Shown here: one piece after another, positions 50,301 to 62,159 of the stretch
Layout of the letters: each line of letters opens with the position of its first letter
Position numbering within the stretch: position 1 is the stretch's first letter
NCBI GenBank assembly: GCA_043228905.1
Contig: JBHGNT010000001.1
Location: 20,894,001-20,958,000, forward strand
DNA length: 64,000 nt
From: Azolla caroliniana
Lineage: Eukaryota; Plantae; Polypodiophyta
Direction: 5' to 3'
Program-made: the position numbers and the translations under genes
The notes under the pieces: generated by a model
The model's database searches: none
What the model saw: only the letters and a program-made list of their open reading frames with translations
What the model was told of the DNA's origin: nothing

Positions 50301-51167
50301 ATTCCAAGCAACTATGTCTCGAATAGGAAGCTCTTCGAGCAACTCTTGTGCTTTTGCAATCATACCACATTTAGCATACATATCCACAACAGCAGTGCCG
50401 AGGACAATATTGTCTTTTTCTAACAACCCTATTGTACAAATGCCACGGTGAATTTGTTCACCAATATCAATAGAACCCAAGTTACTACAACATTTCAAGA
50501 TGCAAATGAACGTGATCGAATCCGGAAAGAGGCCCTCGGTTTGCATAAGTTGAAAACAAGTCAATGCTTCATGAAAATTCTCATGTTGTACATATCCAGA
50601 AATCATCACATTCCAAGAGACCACATCCCTTACGGGGATCTCTTCAAGAGCTTGTTGTGCCTTTTCAAGTATACCACATTTGGCATACATATCTACTAAA
50701 GCATTTTCGAGTGTCACATTCTTCTCAAGTTCTAGCAAACTCCTCCTTCTCACAACCTCAATATGAATTCCTTTGCCTTTTTCTATCGCTTTCACTTGTC
50801 CGCACACTTTCAAGACACATAGAAAAGTGATCATGTTCGGCAGAATGCACTGATTTCTCATCCGACCAAAACAACACAATGCTTCATATCCATAGTTTTG
50901 TTGTTGATATCCTGAAATCAATGCATTCCAAGACACTGTATCTTGTACTGAAAGATCGTCAAACGCTTTCTGCGCTTTTCCAACATCCCCACATTTCATA
51001 TACATAGCGATTAAAGCGCTGGAGACATAAGAACTATTTTCAGTTAAACCCCTTTCCAGAACCTCCTCATGTAGCTTAATACCGTTGCAAAGATCCTTCT
51101 TCTTTGCACAATCCTTCAATAATGCAACAAATCGGAAACATTCATTTATTGATCTCATGCTTTTCAT
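47331..51167 (-). CDS. PLS-class pentatricopeptide repeat protein with C-terminal E domain, no DYW (probable organellar RNA-editing factor)
   Basis: Uninterrupted 1278-aa ORF. About 11 P-L-S triplets (DVVSWNALI, TFICVLKAC, ALVDMYAKCG), followed by P2-L2-S2 and E-type motifs (IWRSVLGACKRWGNVEIG...SYVLMANIFA). Confidence 0.95.
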   Translation of the reverse strand: MKSMRSINECFRFVALLKDCAKKKDLCNGIKLHEEVLERGLTENSSYVSSALIAMYMKCGDVGKAQKAFDDLSVQDTVSWNALISGYQQQNYGYEALCCFGRMRNQCILPNMITFLCVLKVCGQVKAIEKGKGIHIEVVRRRSLLELEKNVTLENALVDMYAKCGILEKAQQALEEIPVRDVVSWNVMISGYVQHENFHEALTCFQLMQTEGLFPDSITFICILKCCSNLGSIDIGEQIHRGICTIGLLEKDNIVLGTAVVDMYAKCGMIAKAQELLEELPIRDIVAWNALIGGHIHHGQGREALTSFEHMKCEGFSPNIVTFIFILKACGIVRAIDKGKEIHVKVDSIGLLSKDVALGNALIDMYVKCGILSKAKEVLEKLPHRNIVSWNALIAGFAQEEEQCHKAFQCFEQMQNDGFSPDSISLIGILKACAIGNELEVGIKIHDEIVSRGLLGQDNLLGNSLVHMYAKCGWLVRAQEVLEELPIQDVVSWNALISGYVQYGHEHEALKSLQQMQSEGLCPDGVTFICVLKACGNVGALENGKQIHADIAGMRWLEKDIVLGTTLLDMYMKCGMPAKAYQVFKEELCARNTATWSALIAEYAQQGHGHQALKCFEVMQTENISPDVVTFISILKACSCARAMYEGQQTHSNIMSRCLLENFVVFGVPLIGMYAKYSLLVSKESPVQIMASWFLLIRVHELFNCFKRKHVHNKNCEKLMKPHKVTVLQDDIMGGGLLEKVPYINMHIDCRLLAKGIQLHDQCLAQNVVSWNALIAQYAQQGQFYETLNCFEQMQSEGLFPNVVTFIIALKACGKTGMVYKGQKIHEEIVKKGLLEKNVVLGNTLVYMYVGCGLLSEAQRLLEGLPVRDAISWSTLISGYTQYGLCIEALNCFEQMEYEGFSPNVVTFISVLKACGSIGAVDKGKQIHEKLVRKGLIEKDTMLGTALVDMYAKCAVLVKAHNVLEELPIRDIVSWNALITGYSQQGQGHEILKCYNRMQCEGLSPDEVTSICVLKACGNTSSIDKGIQIHSKIVSRTLADRGHIVLGTTLVDMYAKCGMLTKAQQVLEELPTRNTVSWNVMIAGYARQGQGYKALNCFQQMQSEGLSPDNVSFLSLLTACSRSGLLSEAQIVFQNMSNEYGITPSLEHQTCLVDIFGCGGHFEKAMSVIKVMPSSNYPAIWRSVLGACKRWGNVEIGRLAFHHASQLDTWCATSYVLMANIFACANMEEDTKRFIMTSLNVYQEVLDDKYNNVLCEHGEELLFHNNYIQHVGDLSFAM

Positions 51168-51869
51168 TCATTTCTACATGTGTATCATCAGTAGGCCAAA
51201 CATATTTCTTCTTCTTCTTGTGGGTTTCATGCATCGTTGAAGAGAAACGGATTATTCCACAAAGACTGATGTCACATCTTTATGTAAAAAACTAAACAGT
51301 ATAACAAAAGTAATGGTATCGTAGTAAGTGTCTATCTCTTGGGGCAGTGCTTACGCTGGCACCATGAATGTGTTTGTCCTTTGTCATCTCTTGAAAGACA
51401 AAAAATCAAAAGTATTTGTACTTACCAATAGACTCTAGAAATGTGAAACGTAGTATCAAGAAACGGTTTGGGTGTATTATGGCAATTGTACACAATTTGA
51501 CTATTGGATCTCCTCATGAATGGCAAACAAGTGCTCTCCATTGGGAGCAATCGACATGGAAGAATATGGTGTCTGTAGTAATATGAAGAAACTTTTCTTC
51601 TGTAATGCAACTTAGTTCCGTGTTGACAATAGGTGGACGTCGTTTTGGAAAAGGTTGTCAGAATGGTGATGGTGCTCAATGGAGCCAACACATGTAGCAA
51701 AGTTGGAGTACAACTCCCAAGGGGTTTACCAATGATTTTTTGCACAATGTAGAAACCTAGAAAGGAGAAAGGCAAGAAATCACACTTTGGTCAAATGAGA
51801 GAATTAGAGGGATAGTGATAAGTTCTTTGTATCTTCTTTTTCACGGTTAACTATGATTAAGGAGAAAGT

Positions 51870-52574
51870 TGTGAGACGGAGTCGCAAAGTTTCGTGTGTG
51901 TGTGTTACTCGGGTGGCACCATGAGGGTCTCGGACTAGGGAGTAAGAAGGGGTGGAGAAGACTCGAGGTTTGCTTGTCGACGAAGACTACTTGCGGGGCA
52001 AGGGCTAGTTGCCCCTTTTTGGAGCTAATGGCTTTCATTGACCACAACTCGCCAAGCGTTGTAGCTCGTCGAGCATTGGCTCTCGTTGAGTTTTCGGCTC
52101 ACCGCACGTGTGAACGAACGGGTACACAAGGAAAGATAAGCACCCAAGTCGAACACACAAGGAACAGAAGAACACACATTCATGAATGCCCAGACACCTT
52201 TATGAGGAGGAGAGGTGCATGGGCACGCCCGGAAACACTCCCTTGTCACAAGATGACTGAACGAACAAGGAAGGGACGAGAACACACACACGAAAGTCTG
52301 AATGCCTTTATGGGAGGAGATGTGCATGGGCACGCCCGAAACACTCCCTTGTCATAAGACGACCGAATGAACAAGGAAGGGAACAAGAACACAAACACGA
52401 AAGTCTGAACGCCTTTATGAGGAGGAGAGGTGCTTCAGCACGTGCAAAGTGCTCCCTCATCACATGATGAACAAACACACAAATCTTCGGATATAGGAAA
52501 GCAACACTCAATTTTATTAGAAGGCTTAAGAGCCACACCAAGAGATTACAATGGTAGATGATTTGAGCAAAACA
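51870..52574. repeat. LTR-like segment with about 3 copies of a ~108-bp tandem unit, abutting a Copia RT
   Basis: The CCTTTATG motif recurs at about 52197, 52305 and 52412. The segment ends in ...AAAACA exactly where RT homology (CRLKKSL) stops. The left boundary is uncertain and no TSD was found. Confidence 0.55.
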
Positions 52575-55500
52575 CAAGCTCTTCTTGAGTCGGCAGACTA
52601 GATGTTCCTGGCCGGATGCCAGAAAGCCTTTCGGCTGCTCCATATAGGTTTCCTCCTGTAGGTCACCATGGAGGAATGCCGTTTTTACATCTAACTGAAT
52701 CAGCTCCAAGCTGTCGGCGGCCACGACGCCGAGCATGAAACGAAGGGTTGTCATTTTCACCACTGGTGAAAAGTTTTCATCGAAGTCGACGCCATATTCT
52801 TGTCGAAATCCCTTTGCAACTAATCTGGCCTTGTACTTTGGGTTGGTCGAGTCAGACGTCTCTTTTAGTTGATAGACCCACTTACATGGAAGAGCACGTC
52901 GATTCTTCAGTAATTCGACCAAGTCCCAAGTCTTGTTTGCCCGAATGGAGTGCATTTCCGACTCCATCGCCAGATGCCATGTGGCTGAATCGGCAAATGC
53001 CGATGCTTCTTCATAAGACATCGGTTCGCAAGCGTCGGTAAAGAAAATTCTGGAAGAGTACCTCTCCGGAGGTTGCGACAGTCTCTTGAATCTGCGATGT
53101 ATGACTAGACTAGTCACACCGGGTGTCGATGTCGGATGGTCAGGAGCCGAGCCATTCGGCTGCGCCGAATTGGTGGATTCAGTGCGAGAGTTGTCGGTTA
53201 CCCATGCAACCGGTCTCGTGTTGTGGGCTAGGCCGTCATGAAAGGTTGGCACTTCGGAAAATATTACTCTTTGGACTTCAATAGGCCTTTCGGCCGTTTT
53301 ATGCATAGCCGACTCATTGAACACGACGTCCGAACTTCGGACGATTTGTCTGTGCTCGGGGTCCCAGAGTCGGTATCCGATCTCGCCGTCAGGTCCATAC
53401 CCAAGGAAAACGCATTTCCTTGATCTTGGTTCGAGTTTCTGGCGATCGTCTTTCGATATGAGGGCGTATGCCTCGCAACTGAAGATCCTCAGCTTGTCAT
53501 CATTTGGCTTATTGCCGGTCCATATTTCCTGAGGTATTTGAAGTCCTAGAGGTCTACTTGGTGACATATTTATTATGTGTACTGCCGTAAGTAGAGCCTC
53601 CGCCCAAAAGCCAATCGACAGTCCGGAGTGTTGGAGCATGGATACTACGCGTTCTTGAATCGTCTGATTCATGCTTTCAGCAATTTTGTTCTACTCCGGA
53701 CTATAGGGTGCCGTATATTCACGTCGAATGCCACGTTCCCAGCAAAATTTGACGAATTCTTCAGACTTGAATTCCCCTCCGTTGTCGGTTCGGAGACATT
53801 TCAGTTTCCGACCGGTCTGATTTTCGACCATTGGAAGCCATTCGGAGAAGATCGAGAACACCCGATCTTTGGTTCTGATGGGGTAAGCCCACACCTTCCG
53901 AGTCGAGTCGTCAATAAACTAACATAGTACGAAGCACCGTTGAGGGACTGATGTGGCATCGGGCCACAGACGTCCGAGTGGACCAAATCGAGGGGACTCG
54001 ATTCTCTTGGTGCTGATGTCGGGTGTGATGTGGCTACCTGTTTGCCGTACTGGCAATGCCCGCAGATTTGGTGATCCGAGAAGGAGACCTTGGGGATGTA
54101 ACCGGCTCTGGATAGGTGCGTTATGCTGACCTTGTTGAGGTGTCCAAGTCGTCCATGCCATAACGATGACACGGGAATATCAACCAAAAACAAGTCACCC
54201 TCTTTGAGCGTGACATATAAAGGGTACAAGGAATGTACCTTTGGTCCTCAAGCAAGCAGGAGGTTCCCTTTGTGGAGTGTCCACCCTCCTCATGAGAACC
54301 CGACATGGATGCTGACTTCGTCCAGTTGTCCGACTGAGATCAAGGGTCTTGAAAGCTCAGGAAAGTGTCAGACGTTGTGTAGTACGAGTGTAGAACCACC
54401 CGGAAGGTTGAGCTCTACAGTGCCGATTTCGATTATAGCACAGTGCTACGAGTTTCCAACTCGAACTGAGTCGGAGTGCCAGTCCGAGTATTGCCGAAAC
54501 TGAGATCGGTGAGGTGTCACATGATACGATGCGCCCGAGTCCAGAAGCCATGTGCTCGATTCCTCAGTCGTAAGCAGAACTTCTTATTCGACTGGGTTCT
54601 CTATGGACAGTATGTTCAGGTCCGTCGTCAAAATTTCGGTTGAAGAGCCGACGTAGTTGACCTCCTCATGCCAGCTACTCTTCTGATCCGCTCTCTGAGC
54701 TTTGTCGGTTTTTGCTTTGAGTGCCCGACAGTCGGCTTTGATGGTCCTGGTTTCTTGCAGTAGTTGCAGATTCGGTTGTCTCGGAACTTGCTCCGGCTTC
54801 GCTGATTGTTCAGCGGTCGTGAAGAACTTCTTCCCCTGTTGTTCGATCGGTCGGTCGAACCTTGTACTACATAAGTTTCATCTGCCGAGTTTTTGGCGAA
54901 AGACATTCTCCAAGCTGCTTTAGTCAAGATTGCGCTCGTGACTTCGGAGTACTTAACAACAACTGTTGAAGCATGAAGAGGGGAGACTACTCATGAGTAT
55001 CATTGCTCTGAGTTCATCCTCGATTGTCGTCCCCTAAGACGAGATTTGGGAGCTTATGCTTTCGTACTCGTTGAGGTGTGGTTGAACCGAATCGGATTCT
55101 TTCATCCGCAAGTTGTAGAGGCGCCAAATAAGATACAACTTCATTGTCGCAACCTTCTTTTCATAAGTTTCTGATAGTGTTTTCCAAAGTTCAAAAGTTG
55201 TCGTGCATGATTGCACTGTGAAGTACACTGACTCCGACAAGTGCATCCGAATCGTGGCACGAACAATTCTGTCCAGCTTTAGCCACTCATTTGCCTTGTA
55301 TGCCTCTGGAGGATTTTCATTCTCAATCGGGTCTATCTAACCCTTGACTATGAGATAGTCCTGCATTTGTTCCTTCGAGAAGTTGAAGTTCAAACCGTCG
55401 AACCTCCTTAGACTCATCTCCGATGAGCCAGATATTATGCCATCTGCTTCGGTTTCGGTTGGTAAGACTCGGTTCAGAATTGACTACGAACCTTAGTGGA

Positions 55501-56101
55501 GTGCAGCCGGTTGGCTCACTCGATATCATTCTAGTCGGTTTTGAACCCGAGTCGGTTTGGTTTCAGATACTTGTTGTTGAACTTGCTCGGAGTGACTCCG
55601 GTAACTTGAGGGATAGAACTGGCTAGTCTTCCCGAATGTTGCCGAGTCGGAGTGAGCCCGGTTAGCTTCCGATTGTATGCCGAATACCGATTACATGAAA
55701 CCGATTGTTTGGGCCGATTTTGCTTCGGATGACTGCAACGATGAGAGGGACGGATCCAACTGATCCTCCCGAATGTCGATCAGCCGAGTGAAGCACAAAT
55801 TTGGTTGTTGTTGAGAGACAAGCTCAACATTTGTGCTTAATACGATGCGTAACCCAGTGTGTAGACTGGGTAATAAAATCGGTACGCATAACATGGCCGT
55901 ATCAGTGCGTAAACCGGAAGGCCATTAGTATGATATTCCTCGTAAGGAATAATTTTGGGAGTTAGTGTAGAGCTCACTTATGAGCATTGAAGTACGTGTC
56001 AGTACTTCTGTAAGTCCGTATGGACTTGTATAAAAGTGCTCACTGAGCACATCCTATGTACAAATTGAGTATTATTTTGAATCAAGTTTTTTTTTCTGTG
56101 T

Positions 56102-56155
<54 letters not shown>

Positions 56156-59100
56156 GCGTACTGTGCATATACAAGCTCTCCATTAAACCTGCGTATTTTC
56201 CGTGTTCAGTTCTGTATTGCTTCTGCATGCTATTCTTTACATGGTATTAGAGCGCGAGGGTTGAGAACCTCTGCAGCCGACATAGCTTGAAAGGGAAACT
56301 AACCAAGAAGAGCAGGTAAAACCGATGGAGAAAGGCATGGCTAGCTCGCTTCCTACCGAGAAGCTCGACAGAAACAACTATGCGTCTTGGTCCTACACGA
56401 TGCACCAGTACTTGCTCGGGCATGGTTACTTGAGCTATGTCGACGGAGCAAATGACACAGCACCCAAATCGACACACAGAGATTTCCCTGCGTGGGAACA
56501 ATCGGCGAGCAGAGTACTGTATTGCTTCGCGTCTTGTGTGGGCGAACATCTCCTAAGCTACATTCGGGATGCAAAAACGCCGAAAGATGCTTGGGGAAAT
56601 CTAAAGAAGATTTTCGCCGCAAGCAGTATAGCCAGAAAGCTGCAACGTTGACAGGAGTTGAGTAACCTACGACAACGCAATTTTTCGGTGGCTGATTACA
56701 CCTCGAAGATCAAAGATATATGTGACTCCTTAGCCTCCATCGATGTGAATGTCAAGGAAGGCGAGATGGTGCAGATCTGTCTCGGGGGACTGGCGTCAAA
56801 GTTTGGAGCATTCTGAACTATTGTGTGTACACGGGAGAATACGTCGTCGTTTTTTGACTTACAGTTAATGCTCCTTATAGAGGAGAACCACGCGGGTGCG
56901 TCGACTAGCACGCATGCCGACAACAAGATGTTGTACACGGAGGGAGACAGGCCCCGTGGTCATGGCGGACGAGGCGAGTCGGTGCACAATGGAGGCGGCC
57001 GACGGGATCAAGGAAGAAGGCACCGAAGGGATGCCAATAGCAATCCCGGACCCTCCGGAAATAGGGGGAGTCGAGCCGACGAGAACCGGCAAGGGAAAGT
57101 TGTCGAGGAATGTTGGTACTGTGGAAAAAAATGCCACAAGGAGAGCGAGTGTTGGAAGAAATGCGTTGATTTGGAGAGGACCGACAAAGGAAATCGGCAG
57201 CGATTGCACTACGCCGAAGTGTCCGGAAAAGCTGGAAAAGGGTCAGCCTTCCTGACGAGACACGAAGCGAAATCAATGAAGATGTCCACCCCGAAATCGG
57301 ACGAGGTGTGGTACGTCGACTCCGGGACGTTAAACCACATGACATGCCACAAGGAGTGGTTCTCATACCTTGAGAATCTAATGCAACCGGGAGTAGTCAC
57401 AACTGGAGACGACACTCCGCATCCGATCGCGAATGTCGGTGAGGTTCCCCTGAGCCATGTCGGGCAAAAAGGGAAACTCATGAATGTGTTACACGTCCCC
57501 ACAATCACGAAGAATCTGGTGTCGATCGGGAAGATTGTCGACCAGGGGATGCAAGTCCGGTTCACACATCTCGGGTGCTTCATGGAAGAAGAAGGCCGAG
57601 TTATTGCGCAAGGGCGCAGAGACGGGAGGATGTTTATCCTCAACTCTAGTGACGGTGGCACCACAATGTTCGTGAAAGGACAAAAAGTCGAGTTGGATAT
57701 CGACTTATAGCACAAGTGGATAGGCCACATCAACTATCAATGGCTTCAGGACCTGCAATCAAAACAGGTGATGTTCAGATTGCTCAATTTTAGTGGCCAG
57801 AAGGAACGAATTTGGGAAGCCTGCCAACTCGGGAAGCAACACAAGCTTCCTTTCCCTAACGAGCGTAACCAGCCGGAACAAGCTCGACTTGATACATTCC
57901 GATGTATGGGGGCCGACACAGAACGTTAGTCTTGGCGGGAGTCGATATTTTGTCTCCTTCATTGACGACTATACGCGACACACGTGGATCTACCTCATTG
58001 AGAAGAAGAGTGAAGTCTTCGACGGTTTCCGGGACCTCAAGAGTTTCGTTGAAAGGGAAATAGGAAGAAAGATCAAGTGCTTGTAGTCGAATGGCGGAAA
58101 AGAGTACTTTTCCGGTCAATTCAACGACTATCTGCAACAGATGGAATTCGGTGCGAATTCAGTTGTAGATACACGCCAAAGCAAAACGGCGTGGCCGAGA
58201 GGAAGAACCGGTCAATTGTGGAAGCGGCATGGGCAATGCTGGAGGAAAAGAGCTTGCCCAAGTTTTATTGGGCCGAGGTGGTACGAACCATGGTATACAT
58301 CCAGAATCGGATCGGAGACAAAGTGTCAGCGCATGAGCAGTATTTCGGAAGGAATCCAAATCTATGACACTTGAGAGTTTTTGGTAGTGTTGCATATGTG
58401 CATGTGCCGAAGGAGAAACGGAGGAAGTTGGATGCAAAAGCCGAGAAGTGTATCTTGGTCGGCTACTCAGACGAGCAGAAGGGTTATAAGTGTTATAACC
58501 CTCGCACCAAACAAGCGCACGTCAGCCACGACGTTGTGTTTGACGAGTCCGCGTCTTGGTACTTGCCTCCGACTCTGGACCTCACCTCCAATCCAAGTTC
58601 TGACGATGAGGTTAGCGAGGCCGAGATGCCTCTGGATGAGCCTGAAATCGGGACCTGCGAAGAGAGTCCGATTTCATTTCTGTTAAGTGGACTGAATGGA
58701 CGACTGAGTCGGTTCGACTAATCCGATGAAGAGTCGGTGAGTAGTGGAGAGTCGGCCGTGCATTCCCCACGCAGGAAGCCAAGGAGACGGCTTACGCGCA
58801 AAGAAAAACGGAAGAAGAAGGTGTCAGATTGCGGCACGGATAGGAATGAGTCGGATCGACGCGAGTCCGACTCTGAGGGAAGTGACGACGGGTCTTCGAG
58901 ATCGAAGTCTGCGTTGGCCAAGAAAGCCTCAACTTCGGCTAATGAGCAATTACGCCGATCAACCCACCAGAAGAACCCTATTGTGCGGTTCGGTTACAAC
59001 GAGTACATGGCGCATCACTATGCGTACATGACGCATGTAGCGGAAGTGCGTGAGCCGGAGAGCTACGCAAAAGCGGCGAAGGACGCGAATTGGCATGCCG

Positions 59101-60031
59101 CAATGGAGGAAGAGATGCGCGCATTGGCAGAGAATGAAACTTGGGACCTGGTTGACGCACCGAAAGGTGTGAAGCCGATCGGATGTAGGTAGGTGTACAA
59201 GGTCAACTACAACACCGACGGCTCGGTCAACCGATACAAGGCCCGGTTAGTAGCTAAAGGCTACGCGCAGCAACACGACATCGACTACAATGAGACCTTC
59301 GTGCTTGTCACAAAGATGACTACCGTGCGTGTTCTACTCGCCATAGCAATGGCTAAGGGGTGGCACTTACATTAGATGGATGTAAAGAATGCGTTCCTGC
59401 AAGGTGAGCTTGAGGAACAAGTGTACATGGTACAATCCCCTGGATTTCACTCCGGAACAAACACTTCGACAGTGTGCCGATTGAAGAAGTCCCTTTACGG
59501 ACTAAAGCAAGCCCAGTGTGCCTGGAACACGAAGATCACGCAATGATTGTGTCGGATGGGCTTTGGGACATCCAAAATCAGACTCTTCACTGTTCATCCG
59601 GAAAAGGTCGACTCGGGCTGGTTAGCATTTTACTTTATGTTGATGACTTGGTCATCAGTGACGCCGACCTCAGTGAAATTAACCGCATCAAGCTCCAGCT
59701 TGCGGCATCATTCGACGTGAAGGATCTGGGGGACCTTCATTAGTTCCTCGAGCTCGAAGTGATCCGCACCCCCGAAGGTATACTGATCAACCAATGACTG
59801 TAAGTTCGTCTCGACTCCTCTGGATAGAACTGTCAAGCTTCACCCCGATTCCGAAAAGGTATGCGACCCGACGAGGTTCCGACAGATAGTCGGAAGCCTT
59901 ATATACTTGACCATCACCCGACCAGATCTCAGCTACCCGGTCTGGGTGATTAGTCAATTCATGGCGAGACCTACCGAGGTGTTGGGTGACAGGTCCCTCC
60001 GGATGGGAAGGGAGAAGATCAGTGCTGATGA

Positions 60032-60247
60032 ACAAACTCGGCTACGGAGAGCCGGATGGTGCAGACCCGGTATGAACCGGATGAGGAGTACCCGACTACG
60101 GAGAGTCGGATGGTGAAGACCCGGTATGAACCGGATGAGGAGTACCCGGCTATGGAGAGCCGGATGATACAGACCCGGTATGAACCGGATGAGGAGTACC
60201 CGGCTACGGAGAACCGAATGGTACAGACCCGATGAGAACCGAATGAA
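60032..60247 (+). repeat. 54-bp tandem repeat, 4 copies, in U3 of the solo LTR
   Basis: Unit GAGTACCCGGCTACGGAGAGCCGGATGGTGCAGACCCGGTATGAACCGGATGAG. Confidence 0.9.
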
Positions 60248-60404
60248 GAGACATATTCGTAAATATGTTTCTGAGAGTCCATCGAGGCTATATTTGTAAA
60301 TAGCCGAAAAGTCATATTAGTATAAATATAACTTAGGGCAAACTTTTAATTGTGGTTGTCATTTCTTGTTGGTGCAAGAAAAGAGAGAGCGTGTAACTGT
60401 GTAC

Positions 60405-60406
<2 letters not shown>

Positions 60407-60476
<70 letters not shown>
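60407..60476 (+). repeat. (GA)n microsatellite
   Basis: Directly visible. Related (CT)n tracts occur at about 35629-35652, 56104-56152 and 62110-62157, all inside LTRs. Confidence 0.95.
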
Positions 60477-60478
<2 letters not shown>

Positions 60479-62107
60479 CGCTGCCTCTGTTGTAACCGCC
60501 GCTTGTGGCGAAGATCATGAGCACGAGGTCGTTGCCTCTGTGAACTCACAGTTTATACATTCCAACATAGTGATAGTTTGCAGCCTGTGGGCTGCTGTGG
60601 TTTTTTCCCTTGGTTTGGGTTTTCCATGTAAACATCCTGTGTACCCTCCTCTTCTCTTTGTCGTGTTTTATTTCCCGTTTTCTGTGTATCATTCTAAGCT
60701 CGGTTGTGGCCGAGCGTTGCGCATAAGGAGCGTTGAGTTCCCGTCACGAGGAGCACCTTCAGTGTGCGCAATGCGTACTGCGGTACGTAAGCGGCACAAA
60801 GGACCGGGGGCTACTGTACCGGTCCGGTACAGCCCCACGGTTGGTCGGCTGCACAGATGCTGATTGGGCCGGAAACGTTGGCGATCGCCGATCCACGTCC
60901 GGTTTCGCGTTCTCTCTCGGGAGTGCCGTGATTGCGTGGAGTAGCAAGAAGCAGCCAACAGTTGCGCTGTCGAGCACCGAAGCCGGGTATAGAGGAGCGT
61001 TTATCGCGACATGCAAAGCCATATGGTTGAAGCGACTACTTAAGGATCTGCAGATGGAGGTATCCGATCCAACGACAACCTCAACAGCATCCAGCTCGCT
61101 AAGAACCCTGTCTTCCATGCCTAGACTAAGCAGATTGAGGTGCACTACCATTTCGTCCTTGAGCGTGTCCTGTCCGGTGAAGTCGAACTTCAGTATGTTC
61201 CGACGGATCGGCAGAACGCCGACATCTTCACCAAGCCTCTGGTCTGGACAAGTTGCGGCAATTCTTGGGTGCGCATGGGTTGCGTCACCTCGACGTGCCG
61301 AACTTGAGGGGGAGAGACGTCCCGAATGACCACGGAAGAGGGAGAGAAGTTCCAGAAGATGAAGACCACGATGCCAAGTCGGATGACGAGTTCGATTTCG
61401 GATCGGCTGAAGAAGCCAAGGGCGGACCCGTAGAAGATTCTGAAAGCGGACATAAGGGGAGCAGTCGAAAGTTGAAGCCGAAGCCAACCAAGGGTGAGAA
61501 GATCGAAGACAGGTTGGAGACAACCAACTCGGACGAGAGCGAAAACCAATCGGAGGAAGTCGAGTCGGTTTGGATATTTGATTCGAATACGCTGAATCAA
61601 CCAAGAGCCAAGCGGAAGGGAAGGTAGCAGAAGAGGCGCCAACACTGCAATAGTAAGGAAGCTTAGAAGGGCCGTGTAAGCAGACAAGCCGATCGGAAGG
61701 GTCGAGACGCGCAGAATCGAATGGGTCGAGGAGCGCGAGTGAGGCGCGAAGCCAGAAGGAACCGAAGCGTAGATCCGGCGGAGCAGGTGGAACCTCAAGT
61801 TGAGCTTGAGGGGGAGTGTTGAGAGACAAGCTCAACATTCGTGCGTAATACGATGCGTAACCCAGTGCATAGACTGGGTACGTAAATCGGTAGGCATAAC
61901 ATGGACGTATCGGTGCGTAAACCGGAAGGCCATTAGTAGGATATTCCTCATAAGGAATAATTTTGGGAGTTAGTGTAGAGCTCACTTATGAGCATTGAAG
62001 TACGTGTCAATACTTCTGTTAGTCCGTATGGACTTGTATAAAAGTGCTCACTCAGCACATCCTATGTACAGATTGAGTATTATTTTGAATCAAGTTTTTT
62101 TTTTTGT

Positions 62108-62159
<52 letters not shown>

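Larger units (their letters stand above)
59980..60746 (+). repeat. Solo LTR (related to the C/D LTRs) inside the RT of element K
   Basis: Perfect TSD CGAGG and TG...CA ends. The start TGTTGGG..GGTCCCTCCGGATGG resembles 7799, 12227 and 15531. Confidence 0.93.

Noticed and set aside
60032-60247. CRISPR-like array
   Set aside because: Head-to-tail tandem units with no unique spacers, inside a eukaryotic LTR. No cas genes.
60366-60863. ORF with ER/SL dipeptide runs
   Set aside because: A translation of the (GA)n microsatellite within an LTR.
60759-61985. 408-aa antisense ORF (also 19414-20239 on the plus strand)
   Set aside because: A shadow of GC-rich RNase H/tail coding sequence. It is not preserved as one frame between copies F and K and has no recognisable motifs.
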